Shown: positions 10,196 through 21,584 of the stretch, piece after piece
Layout: every line of letters begins with the position of its first letter
Position numbering within the stretch: the stretch's first letter is position 1
Assembly: GCA_963674695.2 (NCBI GenBank)
Contig: CAXXGI010000001.1
Coordinates: 64,001-128,000, forward strand
From: a bacterium
GTDB taxonomy: Bacteria > UBA10199 > 2-02-FULL-44-16 > JAAZCA01
Direction: 5' to 3'
DNA: 64,000 nt
Notes under the pieces: model-generated
Database searches by the model: none
What the model was told of the DNA's origin: nothing
The model's input: the letters and a program-made list of their open reading frames with translations, nothing else
Translations under genes and position numbers: made by a program

Positions 10196-10957
10196 GTGGA
10201 AGAATTATTCACAACAGTAATCCACCGACCCTATGTCTTCGCCTTCCTTGCCGCCTATCTCGTGCTGGCCTGGCGGCTCTGGGGATGGCGTCGCACGATC
10301 CTCTGGCTCGTCACCGGCTATGCCATCGCCTGGGCCTCGGAGTTCTCCTCGATCCACAACGGCTTCCCCTACGGCGAGTATCATTATATATACGCCAACA
10401 TGCCCGGCGAACTGATGATCGCCGGCGTCCCCTTCTTCGATTCGCTCTCCTACCCGTTCCTGATCTTTGCGGGATATACGACGGCCTGTTTCTTGACCGA
10501 TGGAGCGAGACCACGAGACCACGAGACCACGAGACCACGAACGATCCTACTCGGCGCCTTCCTCACGATGATACTCGACGTCATCATCGACCCGGTGGCA
10601 AAGCTCGGCTCACAGTGGTTTTTAGGCGATATCTACTGGTATGCACACGAGGGCTGGTACTTTCGCATCCCGTTCACCAACTTCGCCGGCTGGTTTTTGG
10701 TGGCGCTCGCCATCATCGCCGTCAACGTTCTGATCTGGACGTATACGCCAAAACGTTTTTTCCATCGAACCATCGAACTATCAAACTATCGAACCAATTG
10801 GCTCTACCCCGCCTTCTACCTCTCCATTGCGCTCTTCAACATCGCCGTCACCTGGTGGATCGGCGCAAAAGACCTGGGAATGGCCAGCTCCGGCATCTTC
10901 ATCGTCCTCGTCGCGGTGATGCTGGGTGCGGCGAACAAACGATCCCTCACGAAGTGA
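10196..10957 (+). CDS. Carotenoid biosynthesis membrane protein (CruF/DUF422-like)
   Basis: EFSSIHNGFPYGEYHY, GVPFFDSLSY, DVIIDPVA and PFTNFAGWF motifs; multiple TM helices; AAGGAG RBS before GTG 10196. Confidence 0.75.
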   Translation: MEELFTTVIHRPYVFAFLAAYLVLAWRLWGWRRTILWLVTGYAIAWASEFSSIHNGFPYGEYHYIYANMPGELMIAGVPFFDSLSYPFLIFAGYTTACFLTDGARPRDHETTRPRTILLGAFLTMILDVIIDPVAKLGSQWFLGDIYWYAHEGWYFRIPFTNFAGWFLVALAIIAVNVLIWTYTPKRFFHRTIELSNYRTNWLYPAFYLSIALFNIAVTWWIGAKDLGMASSGIFIVLVAVMLGAANKRSLTK

Positions 10958-11330
10958 TTTTCTTCACCTCCACCAGAAATGCCTTGATCGTCTTGAGGTA
11001 CTCTTCGTTGGAAATACCGATGTAGTCATGCACCGCGAAGTTTCGGTCCGTGAGAAAACCGAGCCACCGCTCGACGTCCTCGATGAGGCCTAACTGTCCC
11101 GCCACCCGGATGGCATCCTTAGGGCTGTAGACTTCAAGACCGCGTCCATCCGCCTCGCGTTTGAAATGCTTCCACGCGTACTCGAAGCAGACCTCGAAGC
11201 TCTTCACGATCCCGGAGAAGAAGAAGGGGTCTTTTTTCGCCTCCTTCTCAAAGCTCAATGCATGTTCGAGCGCAGCGATTGAAGCACTGAGTTTTTCATC
11301 TCCCACCACCTTCGCTTTATTCTTCATCAT
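10947..11330 (-). CDS. HEPN-domain toxin (nucleotidyltransferase substrate-binding protein, HI0074-like)
   Basis: FEVCFEYAWK, SPKDAIRVA and R-x4-H motif (RNFAVHDY); overlaps the upstream MNT stop. Confidence 0.88.
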   Translation of the reverse strand: MMKNKAKVVGDEKLSASIAALEHALSFEKEAKKDPFFFSGIVKSFEVCFEYAWKHFKREADGRGLEVYSPKDAIRVAGQLGLIEDVERWLGFLTDRNFAVHDYIGISNEEYLKTIKAFLVEVKKITS

Positions 11331-11878
11331 GCCGCCGCCTTTCTCTGCAGTTCGGCCCAGTCCTGTTGGAGACCCGTAAGGTACGTCCAGCCGCGAGAGG
11401 CCTCACGCAGAAATGAGGCATCGGCGCAGCTCAAATTTACCACATCGACGAAATAAGGCAGGTCCTCAGCGAGATCGTCCTTGCGTCTCGCAATTTTGCG
11501 ATAGAGGGCGTGATCGATACCATCGCTCGAGAAAACGCCCAGGTCCCAGTCGGAATATTTTTTTGCCCTCCCCGTGGCGCGTGAACCGAAGAGGACAAAC
11601 GTCACATTCGGAAACTCGAGATGGAGCTGATCGATGAGCGTCGCGATCCCCGGATGCAACAAGGGCTTCGCCTCCGGCTTCGCAACGAGGATCTCCGCGG
11701 GAGTCACCCCTAACGCCGTGATGATCCGCTCGAATGCCGCTGGAAGGACAGCGCGCCCCGAGAGATAATGATGAATCGTATTGCGATGGACGCCCAGATT
11801 CTCCGCGAGCTCCTTAACGGAGCGGTACCCCTTCTCCTTCAGGGCGCGATGAAAACGCTCTGTATCCACGATGAACAT
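11327..11878 (-). CDS. XRE-type HTH fused to minimal nucleotidyltransferase (MNT antitoxin)
   Basis: N-terminal HTH (SVKELAENLGVHRNTIHHYLSG) and GS-x10-DxD motif (FGSRATGRAKKYSDWD). Confidence 0.88.
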   Translation of the reverse strand: MFIVDTERFHRALKEKGYRSVKELAENLGVHRNTIHHYLSGRAVLPAAFERIITALGVTPAEILVAKPEAKPLLHPGIATLIDQLHLEFPNVTFVLFGSRATGRAKKYSDWDLGVFSSDGIDHALYRKIARRKDDLAEDLPYFVDVVNLSCADASFLREASRGWTYLTGLQQDWAELQRKAAA

Positions 11879-11893
11879 GGTATTATCATAATA

Positions 11894-11912
11894 TGCACAA
11901 TATTATTGTGCA
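11894..11912. promoter_or_regulatory. Perfect 9-1-9 inverted repeat, likely operator of the HTH-MNT/HEPN operon
   Basis: TGCACAATA-T-TATTGTGCA in an AT-rich stretch about 15 bp upstream of the MNT start. Confidence 0.65.
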
Positions 11913-11993
11913 ATATAATATTTCAACTGTGCACTATACGAACGTGATCGAGGATGACAGAGCAGAGAGAGCCACCAGAGGAGCAGAAAAGCC

Positions 11994-13478
11994 CTACTCC
12001 ACCACAACCGTAAAGGATTCGGCGGTTCCGGTGACTTCGGCGCCGAGCGTATCGAGGCCGATGAGCGCCACGGTGTAGGTGCCCGCGCCGTCATCGATGG
12101 TGAACTCGTGTTTGAACTCGTAAACGGAACCGGATAGCGACGTGCGATTGGTGTCATCGTAGCTGCGTTCCAGCTCGACATCGCGCGTCGCGGTCTCGAC
12201 GGTCGCGCCGCCCGCATCGGTGATCGTGTACGCAATCTGGGCGATGCGATCGTCTATCGAGAACTCGTAGTTGTGCGTGCCCGCGGTCACCGTCGACGGA
12301 ATCGGACGTACCACGCCGAAGACGCTGAAGACATCGGTGGTCCCCACCGTCACCCCATCACTCACATCCAGATCGAGCTCGGTCGGCGTCGTGTCATCGA
12401 CATAATAGAGATTGTCTCCGAGGGTCGTCCCCGCATCCTGAATTTCGACGCGCGGCAGGACCAGGCGATCGTCCGTCGCAAAGGTAGCATAGGCGCCATC
12501 GACCGTAACGGAAGCCGCATCCCCGTTCACATAGGTGATCGTCGGCTCGCCGATATCGTAATAGTGAAAGACACTCCGCTCGCTCTCGGTCAGCTCATAA
12601 CGCACAAGCGCCGCGGTCTCGACCGTGTTCGTGGCGGAGGTCGCACGCACGTTGTAGATGAGCAAGTCGTTGTATGCCGCCGCGACGGTATCGATCGTCG
12701 TGCCGGTCAGATCGTTGACCACCTCGATGGAGTTGTTGGGCATAAAGCGGTCCTTGATCTCGTAGAGATTTCCCTCATACAGGAAATAGCCGGGGAAACG
12801 GTTGAAGTAGGCGCGGTAGTCGTTGGCCCTCGTAAAGGCAGTGAGCTTTTCGAGGGTTGAAGCAGGACTGAAGCGTCCGAGCGAGGCGTGTGTGAGGCCG
12901 AAGGTAATCTCCTTGGTGACATGCAACCCCTCCACATCGCCGTTCACTCCCCAAACGACGATCGTGTAGGTCCCCGCGGTCAAATCCTCCAAGGGGTTTC
13001 CGTCGGAATCGGTGTAGGTGGTATCAAAATCCTTTGTCGCCCCGCCCAGGATGACCCCGGCAAAGTAGTCGGTCGTCACGACCACCTTGTTGTTCGGGTC
13101 GAGGAATCCGCCAGGAACCTCGACGAGATCGGGCACCATGGTGATGCCGTAATCGCTGCCGCTGGCATAGTCGAGGTTGAGCGAACTCTCGGGAGTGACG
13201 CCGGTTTCCGGATCGACCTGGCTCTGGATATCGCGCACGAGTTCTCCCGTGGCAGAGCTGCCCCGATAGAGTTGAATGCGAATATCGCCCGGGGTGGTGA
13301 CCGTGCCGGAGTAGGAGCCGATGACATACAAATCGCGCAATTCGGCGAAGTTGGTCTCGTATTGGCTCGGCTCATCGATGACGAGCGTGAGAGCAGCGGC
13401 ACCGCCTCCGGAACTGGAACAGGATGCCTGCATCAGGATGATGCCGATCAGACCGACGAGCCAAAGGGATGGTTTCAT
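11994..13478 (-). CDS. Hypothetical lipoprotein, acidic and Thr-rich (beta-sandwich-like)
   Basis: Signal peptide with lipobox (ILMQASC) followed by an SSSGGG linker; long ORF with host-like codon usage. Confidence 0.7.
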   Translation of the reverse strand: MKPSLWLVGLIGIILMQASCSSSGGGAAALTLVIDEPSQYETNFAELRDLYVIGSYSGTVTTPGDIRIQLYRGSSATGELVRDIQSQVDPETGVTPESSLNLDYASGSDYGITMVPDLVEVPGGFLDPNNKVVVTTDYFAGVILGGATKDFDTTYTDSDGNPLEDLTAGTYTIVVWGVNGDVEGLHVTKEITFGLTHASLGRFSPASTLEKLTAFTRANDYRAYFNRFPGYFLYEGNLYEIKDRFMPNNSIEVVNDLTGTTIDTVAAAYNDLLIYNVRATSATNTVETAALVRYELTESERSVFHYYDIGEPTITYVNGDAASVTVDGAYATFATDDRLVLPRVEIQDAGTTLGDNLYYVDDTTPTELDLDVSDGVTVGTTDVFSVFGVVRPIPSTVTAGTHNYEFSIDDRIAQIAYTITDAGGATVETATRDVELERSYDDTNRTSLSGSVYEFKHEFTIDDGAGTYTVALIGLDTLGAEVTGTAESFTVVVE

Positions 13479-13541
13479 ATAGAGGATTATAGCGGATATA
13501 CAGAAAGGCATCAAACAAGAGACGCAATATAATACAGGGGG

Positions 13542-16256
13542 TTAGAGGCGCTCCTCCTTGATCTCCTCGCCGTCGTAGCGCACGACCTTTTTGACGTTGT
13601 CGTAGATCGTCTCGATCCCAACCGGGCGACGCCAGATCGTGAAGAGATTCTTGAGGGTCTCACAGGCGTAATCGTACTTGAGGCCAACGCCCTCGTGAAT
13701 ATGCCGCAACATGAGCTCGCCGCGGTTGGCATGGTTGCCCTCGACCACCTCGATCATCGGCTGGCCGAAATTGGTGAGCTGAAAGAGGAATTGTTTCTTG
13801 ATCTTGTCGAATTCGCGACTGGCGACCTCATACTGATCGGTCGTCAGGTTATAGGCATAGATGAAGAGCCGATGCTTCTGACAGAACTCCGCCGTGAGGA
13901 ATTCATCGATGAAATTTACATCGCTATAGAGACGGCGAATCTCGAAGATCTTCTCGCGCCCGAGCCCCAATTTCTTGTCCCATTTCGCCTTCTCGACCAT
14001 GTCGTCGCACTCTTCATATTCACGACCAAAGCGACCTTTGTTCCAGCGCTCTTCGATATCGCGAAAGAGCTCGAGGCCGATCTTATACGGATTGATGCGC
14101 GTCGGACCCATGGCGACCGTGCCCGAGTGGTGATCCGCATAATCGATCACCTCCGAGTCCTTGAGGACCTTCCGCGTCATGATCGTCGAGTGCCAATAAC
14201 TATTGTGATTGATGAGTCCATGCGCGCAATAGCGATGCGTCTCGTCCACCGTTATGTCATAGACATCCGCCCGACCGCGCTCAATCGTGACGATCTCATC
14301 GGCCCAGTCCTCACGCTTAAACCACTTCCGATCCTCCACATATCCTACGAGACGTCGCTGCTTGCGATCGAGACCAAAACCGATCTCATCGAGGAAGACC
14401 TTTGCCGACCTGCCCAGGACATGCACATGCCAGATATCCTTGGGCTGCGGCCGCCTCGTGGAGAGAATACCGAAATTGAGCAAAAGCGTTTGAACGACCT
14501 TCGACATCTCGGTGCTCGCCGTCGAGAGGATCACGCCGTGAGGTCCGGCATAGCCGTCGCTATCGAAAAGAGCGCGCAGGAAAGCGGAAACCACCGACTT
14601 CGGCGAGCGAAGGATCGCCGGCGGCACGGTTTTTTCCCGCGCGCACGGACCTGTGTGCAGACCCATCGCCTCGAGAAGATCGCGAAGCATCTCGGATGAA
14701 ACCGACGCGCGATAACGGCCCTCGTCCTGTCGCACCGTCGCCTTGAGTTCAAAGAGCTCTTCGCACAGCGCTTGAAACCTCTCGGCTTGCACCTCATCCC
14801 CTGAGGTGAATCCGATCGTTCTCTTGACCGCGCTGATATGGCCATCGCCGATGAGATACCCGAGAAAAGCACCGAAGGACTCGTTTACTGCTGAGGGCAC
14901 CGCGATTTCATAGCGTCGCGATGGCAACAGCGTCGCCTGGGCATCATAGGTGGCCAAAGCCGCATCGATGGCCGTGGCACTGCGCGAACACACGCTCCCC
15001 GCGCGATGCCGAATAACCGTCCAGAGACTCACGCCGGCATCACCAGCAACATCGGTCAACGTTCGACGACCTCTCGGCTCCCAATCGACATCGACATACT
15101 CAGAGGACCAAAGGTTTGCTCCCCCGCTCACCGCCACCCGATCCCCGGCGTGCAGCTCATCGAGCTGTTTCCAAGTACGGCCATCGTCCAAGAGGACACG
15201 GTGATTGGTCGAACCCTCCAACACCAGCCCGCGTCTCGTCGTCACACACACCGTTTCGCGATCGGAAAACGAGGCCCAGTCGATCACGTCCTGTCGCTGC
15301 TGCCCATCATGGATGGCAATCCCCTGTCGATTCGACACCAGCTCACCCATGGGGATAAGACCGCGATCGGTGTTCACGAGCGTACCCGAGGTCACACAGG
15401 CCCACCCCTCATTGAGTATCTTCGTCTGCCCCTGGGGCATGAAGTAGTAGGCCTCTTCGCGCATCATGGAGACCACGTCGCGCTCCCACGCCTCGAGTGG
15501 CGCGTACTCGAGCAGGAAGCGCAGGACATCCTTCTCCGGATGCTCGGGAAAATGCCGCTCCTGCTGCATCTCCTCATCGAGGTGCTTGCGCTGCTCATCG
15601 AGAAACGCCTTCGGATTGATAAACTTCTCCAGATACGGCCGCTCGGCATGCAACTTTTTTACCGCTCGGCGCGGGTCCTGGTCTTCCATCGATGGCGGAC
15701 GACGCCGCTTGATCGCCGGGGCATGGTAATCGATGAGCGAATCAAGGGAGAGGCAGGCGTCGATGAGACTCTCGACCCGATCCTGCCCAAACTTGTCGAT
15801 ATAACCCAGGATGCGCGTCTTATGGTTGGCCATCTCGTCCAACATTTTGCGGTTGGTGTGCGCGAAATAAACGTTGTTCTTGAAGAAATCGACATGCGCG
15901 TAGACATGCGCCATCACCAGCTTCTGATCGACGATGTTATTCGAATAGAGCAGATACGCATACGAAGGATCGGTGTTGATGACCATCTCGTAGATCTTGG
16001 AGAGCCCATAGGCATAGCTCTTCGAGAGCTGCTCATACTCCATGCCGAAGCGCCAATGCGGATAGCGGTTGGGAAAGCCCCCATAGGCGGCCACCTCGTT
16101 GAGCTGGTTCCAGTCGAGCACCTCGAAGATGACGTCATAAAAATCCAGACCATAATCGCGCGCATGCTGCTCGATCTGTGCCTTGAGTTCGGCCAGATCC
16201 TTCGGCAAGGAAGTCATGTATTTCGGAACGTACTTTTGTGCTTCTTTCTTTTTCAT
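13542..16256 (-). CDS. spoVR: SpoVR/YcgB family protein interrupted by an intein
   Basis: YPHWRFGMEY, KIYEMVINTDP, LVMAHVYAHVDFFKNN, TKILNEGWA|...|SYWH, NPYKIG; lies downstream of yeaH and prkA. Confidence 0.92.
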   Translation of the reverse strand: MKKKEAQKYVPKYMTSLPKDLAELKAQIEQHARDYGLDFYDVIFEVLDWNQLNEVAAYGGFPNRYPHWRFGMEYEQLSKSYAYGLSKIYEMVINTDPSYAYLLYSNNIVDQKLVMAHVYAHVDFFKNNVYFAHTNRKMLDEMANHKTRILGYIDKFGQDRVESLIDACLSLDSLIDYHAPAIKRRRPPSMEDQDPRRAVKKLHAERPYLEKFINPKAFLDEQRKHLDEEMQQERHFPEHPEKDVLRFLLEYAPLEAWERDVVSMMREEAYYFMPQGQTKILNEGWACVTSGTLVNTDRGLIPMGELVSNRQGIAIHDGQQRQDVIDWASFSDRETVCVTTRRGLVLEGSTNHRVLLDDGRTWKQLDELHAGDRVAVSGGANLWSSEYVDVDWEPRGRRTLTDVAGDAGVSLWTVIRHRAGSVCSRSATAIDAALATYDAQATLLPSRRYEIAVPSAVNESFGAFLGYLIGDGHISAVKRTIGFTSGDEVQAERFQALCEELFELKATVRQDEGRYRASVSSEMLRDLLEAMGLHTGPCAREKTVPPAILRSPKSVVSAFLRALFDSDGYAGPHGVILSTASTEMSKVVQTLLLNFGILSTRRPQPKDIWHVHVLGRSAKVFLDEIGFGLDRKQRRLVGYVEDRKWFKREDWADEIVTIERGRADVYDITVDETHRYCAHGLINHNSYWHSTIMTRKVLKDSEVIDYADHHSGTVAMGPTRINPYKIGLELFRDIEERWNKGRFGREYEECDDMVEKAKWDKKLGLGREKIFEIRRLYSDVNFIDEFLTAEFCQKHRLFIYAYNLTTDQYEVASREFDKIKKQFLFQLTNFGQPMIEVVEGNHANRGELMLRHIHEGVGLKYDYACETLKNLFTIWRRPVGIETIYDNVKKVVRYDGEEIKEERL
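14202..15398 (-). mobile_element. Intein (399 aa) with LAGLIDADG homing endonuclease
   Basis: Starts with C1 (CVTSGTLV), ends HN followed by Ser+1; block B TxxH-like GSTNHRVL; LAGLIDADG motifs FLGYLIGDG and FLRALFDSDG; block F VYDITVDETHRY. Removing it restores the conserved NEGWASYWH. Confidence 0.95.
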
Positions 16257-16261
16257 ATCAC

Positions 16262-16297
16262 CTGACTGGCCTGACTGGCCTTTCTCGCCTGACGAGC
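16262..16297. repeat. Degenerate 9-mer tandem repeat (CTGACTGGC family)
   Basis: ctgactggc ctgactggc ctttctcgc ctgacgagc in the yeaH-spoVR spacer. Confidence 0.7.
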
Positions 16298-16303
16298 AGC
16301 GTT

Positions 16304-17398
16304 CTATTTGCCCTTGCCCAAAAACGTCTTGATCGAATCGACGATCGCGCTGCGATCCGCGATCTTGGAGGTAATGATGCGCTCGTCCTCCGGAAATCGC
16401 TCGGACAGATCCTTCAGGAATTGCCCGCTGCCGTACTCGCTCTCGACCTGCCCGTAGCAGAAGACGTTGCTGATCGGCATGATCTCCTTGTCGAGAAGCC
16501 GGAGACACTCCTCGGTATCGTTGCCAGACCAGTTGTCGCCATCGCTGAAGTGAAAGGGATAGATGTTCCACTCCGTCGGCGGATAATGCTCCTTGATGAG
16601 TTCCAAAAAGAGCTTATAGGCCGACGAGATGATCGTCCCACCGCTCTCACGCGTATGGAAGAAGGTCTCCCGATCGACTTCGCGCGCGACCGCATCGTGG
16701 ATGATGTAGCGCACATCCACGCCCTTGTATTGTTTGCGAATCCAGGCATCGAGCCAGAAAGACTCGAGACGCACGACCTCTTTCTGCTCCTGACCCATCG
16801 AACCCGAGACATCGAGCATATAAATGATGACCGCACGGCTGCGAGGCGTACTCACTTCCTTCCAGGTGCGATAGACGCGATCCTCGCGAACGGGGATGAT
16901 GAGCGGGCGACGTGGATCGTAGGTGCCGCTCATGACCTGTCGTTTGAGCGCCTTGCGGAAGGTGCGTTTGAAATGCCGAAGGCTCTCAGGGCCCGTCGGC
17001 GCCATGCCGGTGTACTTGATGTTGCGGCTATCGAGATCCTCGGTCCCCTTCGGAAGGATGCGCGGAAGTTCGAGCTCTTCGCCGAGCATATCGGCCAACT
17101 CGTCGAAGCTGACCTCCACCTCCAGCAGGTGATCGCCGGGGGCGGAGCCCGCCTGTTTGCCATCGCCCGGCTGAATCCCCTCGCCTTCACTGCCATCCCC
17201 CTGCCCGACACCGCCCTTCTCCTTGTCGCCATAGACAAAGCGCGGAATATCGATGCGCGGGATAGGAATGCTGACCAGGTCCTTGCCCTGCTTGCCAATC
17301 AGCTCGCCATTCGAGATGAATTTGCGCAACTCCTTCTTCACCCGACCGCGAACGATCTGCTTGAAGCGCGAGACATCTTTGTCAATTTTTTGGGCCAT
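16304..17398 (-). CDS. yeaH: YeaH/YhbH (DUF444) vWA-domain protein
   Basis: [13 protein letters not shown]-like [18 protein letters not shown] and [14 protein letters not shown] motifs. Confidence 0.9.
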   Translation of the reverse strand: MAQKIDKDVSRFKQIVRGRVKKELRKFISNGELIGKQGKDLVSIPIPRIDIPRFVYGDKEKGGVGQGDGSEGEGIQPGDGKQAGSAPGDHLLEVEVSFDELADMLGEELELPRILPKGTEDLDSRNIKYTGMAPTGPESLRHFKRTFRKALKRQVMSGTYDPRRPLIIPVREDRVYRTWKEVSTPRSRAVIIYMLDVSGSMGQEQKEVVRLESFWLDAWIRKQYKGVDVRYIIHDAVAREVDRETFFHTRESGGTIISSAYKLFLELIKEHYPPTEWNIYPFHFSDGDNWSGNDTEECLRLLDKEIMPISNVFCYGQVESEYGSGQFLKDLSERFPEDERIITSKIADRSAIVDSIKTFLGKGK

Positions 17399-17434
17399 AA
17401 AATCACGCGAGACGATCGCTCATTTCATTCGCTT

Positions 17435-17531
17435 GGGCGAAGGGCGATCGATCCCTTCGGGATCTGGGGCGAAAAGGCTTTTTCGCCCATCGCCCAAGCG
17501 AGCAACGCTCGCGGTCGCCTCCTCGCCCTTC
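17435..17531. repeat. Heptamer-arm hairpin element, copy B (GGGCGAA arms, GATCCCTTCGGGATC hairpin)
   Basis: GGGCGAA-like left units, TCGCCC right units, central AGGCTTTTT, nested GCGAGC-AAC-GCTCGC hairpin. Confidence 0.75.
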
Positions 17532-17538
17532 GGTTTCG

Positions 17539-19653
<2,115 letters not shown>

Positions 19654-19765
19654 AGTGCCTCCTGGGTAACTCCGGCGCAAAGGCCGGATTGATCATGTTT
19701 TGCGGAATTCGTTCCAATCACTCGCATCATAACAGAGCTGCAGACCCTTTTCAACTGCTGCCCTC

Positions 19766-20698
19766 TCATTCTTGTGTCAGCACCTGGCGATCGCCCGCGC
19801 GAAGGGTCGACCGAATGACCGCGCGCATCAACTTGCTGCGATTGGCGCGTCCCAAGAGGGTGGAGAGCTCGCTATAGACGGTCGGATCGTTGATGAGGCG
19901 CCCAACAGTCCCCTCGCCGCGCCGAACCTTTCCGAGAATAACCTGAAGATCGGCGCTGGCGCGACGCATATTGCCGATGAGCCCCCCGATCTGCCCCTTC
20001 TGTTTACTATCGACGTCGGTGACGATATCGCTGACCGAATCCATCGTCTTGGACAGGCTCGCGATGATGCGCTCCCCCTTCGGATCGTAGATGAGGGCGT
20101 GGGCGAGTCCTTTCCCCTTTTCGACCTGCTCGACGGTCTTACGAATGGAGACCATCGTCGCCTTCAGATCGCCGGTGCCCTCCTCCCCCTTGAACGAGTC
20201 GAGCGTCTTACGAACAACCTCGGCCGCCTCGCCGATGTCGTCCATGATCTTGCCCGCCTTGTCCGCAAGGGCAAAGATGGAGGTCGTCTCTTTCGACTGA
20301 ATGGTCGCATCATCGGCGAGGATCGGTTCGTTCTCACTCCCGATGGATATATAGACGAACTTATCCCCCAGAAGCCCCTGCGTCTCGATGGTGGCGACGC
20401 TGTCGCTCCGAATGCGATCTTCGAATTCCCTGCGCAAGCGCAGCACGACGATGAGCTCCTTCTTGTTCAAATCTTTGGACATGTGGATATCGTCCACATA
20501 CCCCGCCTTGAGACCGGCCAACTGCACCGACGCCCCCGCACGCAGGCCGGAGATATCGTCATAGTGGGCATAGAGCGTATACTGCCGATCGAAAAAGCGA
20601 TGTTCGCTGCTGATCATAAAGACGACGACCATCGCGAGCACCAGACCGATGCAGACGAACACCCCGACCTTGAATTCCGTCATTCCTATACGTTGCAT
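19766..20698 (-). CDS. mlaD: MlaD/MCE family protein
   Basis: N-terminal TM helix, GLRAGASVQLAG, TQGLLGDKFV, helical C-terminus. Confidence 0.88.
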   Translation of the reverse strand: MQRIGMTEFKVGVFVCIGLVLAMVVVFMISSEHRFFDRQYTLYAHYDDISGLRAGASVQLAGLKAGYVDDIHMSKDLNKKELIVVLRLRREFEDRIRSDSVATIETQGLLGDKFVYISIGSENEPILADDATIQSKETTSIFALADKAGKIMDDIGEAAEVVRKTLDSFKGEEGTGDLKATMVSIRKTVEQVEKGKGLAHALIYDPKGERIIASLSKTMDSVSDIVTDVDSKQKGQIGGLIGNMRRASADLQVILGKVRRGEGTVGRLINDPTVYSELSTLLGRANRSKLMRAVIRSTLRAGDRQVLTQE

Positions 20699-21507
20699 AT
20701 GGGTCTCCCGTTCTCACCCTCTTCCGGCGAAGGCTCCTCCGATGCGTTCAGATCATCATCGTCCTCCGACTCCATCTTGCCCTGAATAAAGTTCTGCACG
20801 AGGGGATCCTTCGATGCGCGCGCCTCCTCATTCGTACCCACAAACCCGAAGTGCCGGTCTGCCAGAAGGGCGAGTCGATCGCTGATCGAAAAAGCCGCCT
20901 CCATATCGTGCGTCACCACAACCGACGTGACCCCGAGCTTTTCCTGCAGCTTTTTGATCAGCCGACAGATACGATGCGTATTTGATGGGTCAAGCCCCGT
21001 GGTCGGCTCATCATAGAGAATGACGTCCGGATCGGTCGCGATCGCGCGCGCCAGCCCCACGCGTTTCTTCATCCCCCCCGAGAGATCGGCGGGCATCATC
21101 TCCTCGACCCCCTTGAGCCCGACGAGTTCCAGCTTTTTCGCCACAATGTGCGTAAGCTCCTCCTCGGAATAGTGAAAGTGCTCGCGCAGCGGGTAGGCGA
21201 TGTTCTCCGCAACGGTAAGCGAATCGAAGAGCGCCGACCCCTGGAAGAGCATGCCGATGTGACTGCGCATTCGCCGCAACGCCTTTTCCTTCATCGTGCC
21301 GACATCCGCTCCTTGGAAGACAACCTCGCCCTCATCCGGGCGCAGCACCCCCAGCACGAGCTTCAAGAAGACGCTCTTGCCTTTGCCCGACCCCCCGATG
21401 ATCGTGAGCGTCTCCCCCTTTGCGATGGAGATATTCACATCATCGAGGATGTGGTGTTCCCCGAAGGACTTGCTCACGTCTTTGAATGCGATGATCGGTT
21501 GATTCAT
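20686..21507 (-). CDS. mlaF: MlaF-type ABC ATPase
   Basis: GGSGKGKS, LFQGSALFDS, LSGGMKKRVGLARA and YDEPTTGLDP motifs. Confidence 0.9.
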   Translation of the reverse strand: MNQPIIAFKDVSKSFGEHHILDDVNISIAKGETLTIIGGSGKGKSVFLKLVLGVLRPDEGEVVFQGADVGTMKEKALRRMRSHIGMLFQGSALFDSLTVAENIAYPLREHFHYSEEELTHIVAKKLELVGLKGVEEMMPADLSGGMKKRVGLARAIATDPDVILYDEPTTGLDPSNTHRICRLIKKLQEKLGVTSVVVTHDMEAAFSISDRLALLADRHFGFVGTNEEARASKDPLVQNFIQGKMESEDDDDLNASEEPSPEEGENGRPICNV

Positions 21508-21508
21508 A

Positions 21509-21553
21509 ATGGTTCAATCGTTCGTCGGTTCGATGGTTCGATGGTTCGATGGT
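21509..21553. repeat. 8-mer tandem repeat (ATGGTTCG; CCATCGAA on the coding strand)
   Basis: atggttca atcgttcg tcggttcg atggttcg atggttcg atggt in the mlaE-mlaF spacer. Confidence 0.75.
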
Positions 21554-21584
21554 AATGCTTCTTTTCTACGCTCTACCCTATCCG

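Noticed and set aside
16257-16571. Extended N-terminus of SpoVR in the ORF track
   Set aside because: Overlaps yeaH in another frame and reads through the 9-mer repeat; SpoVR-like sequence starts near 16256.
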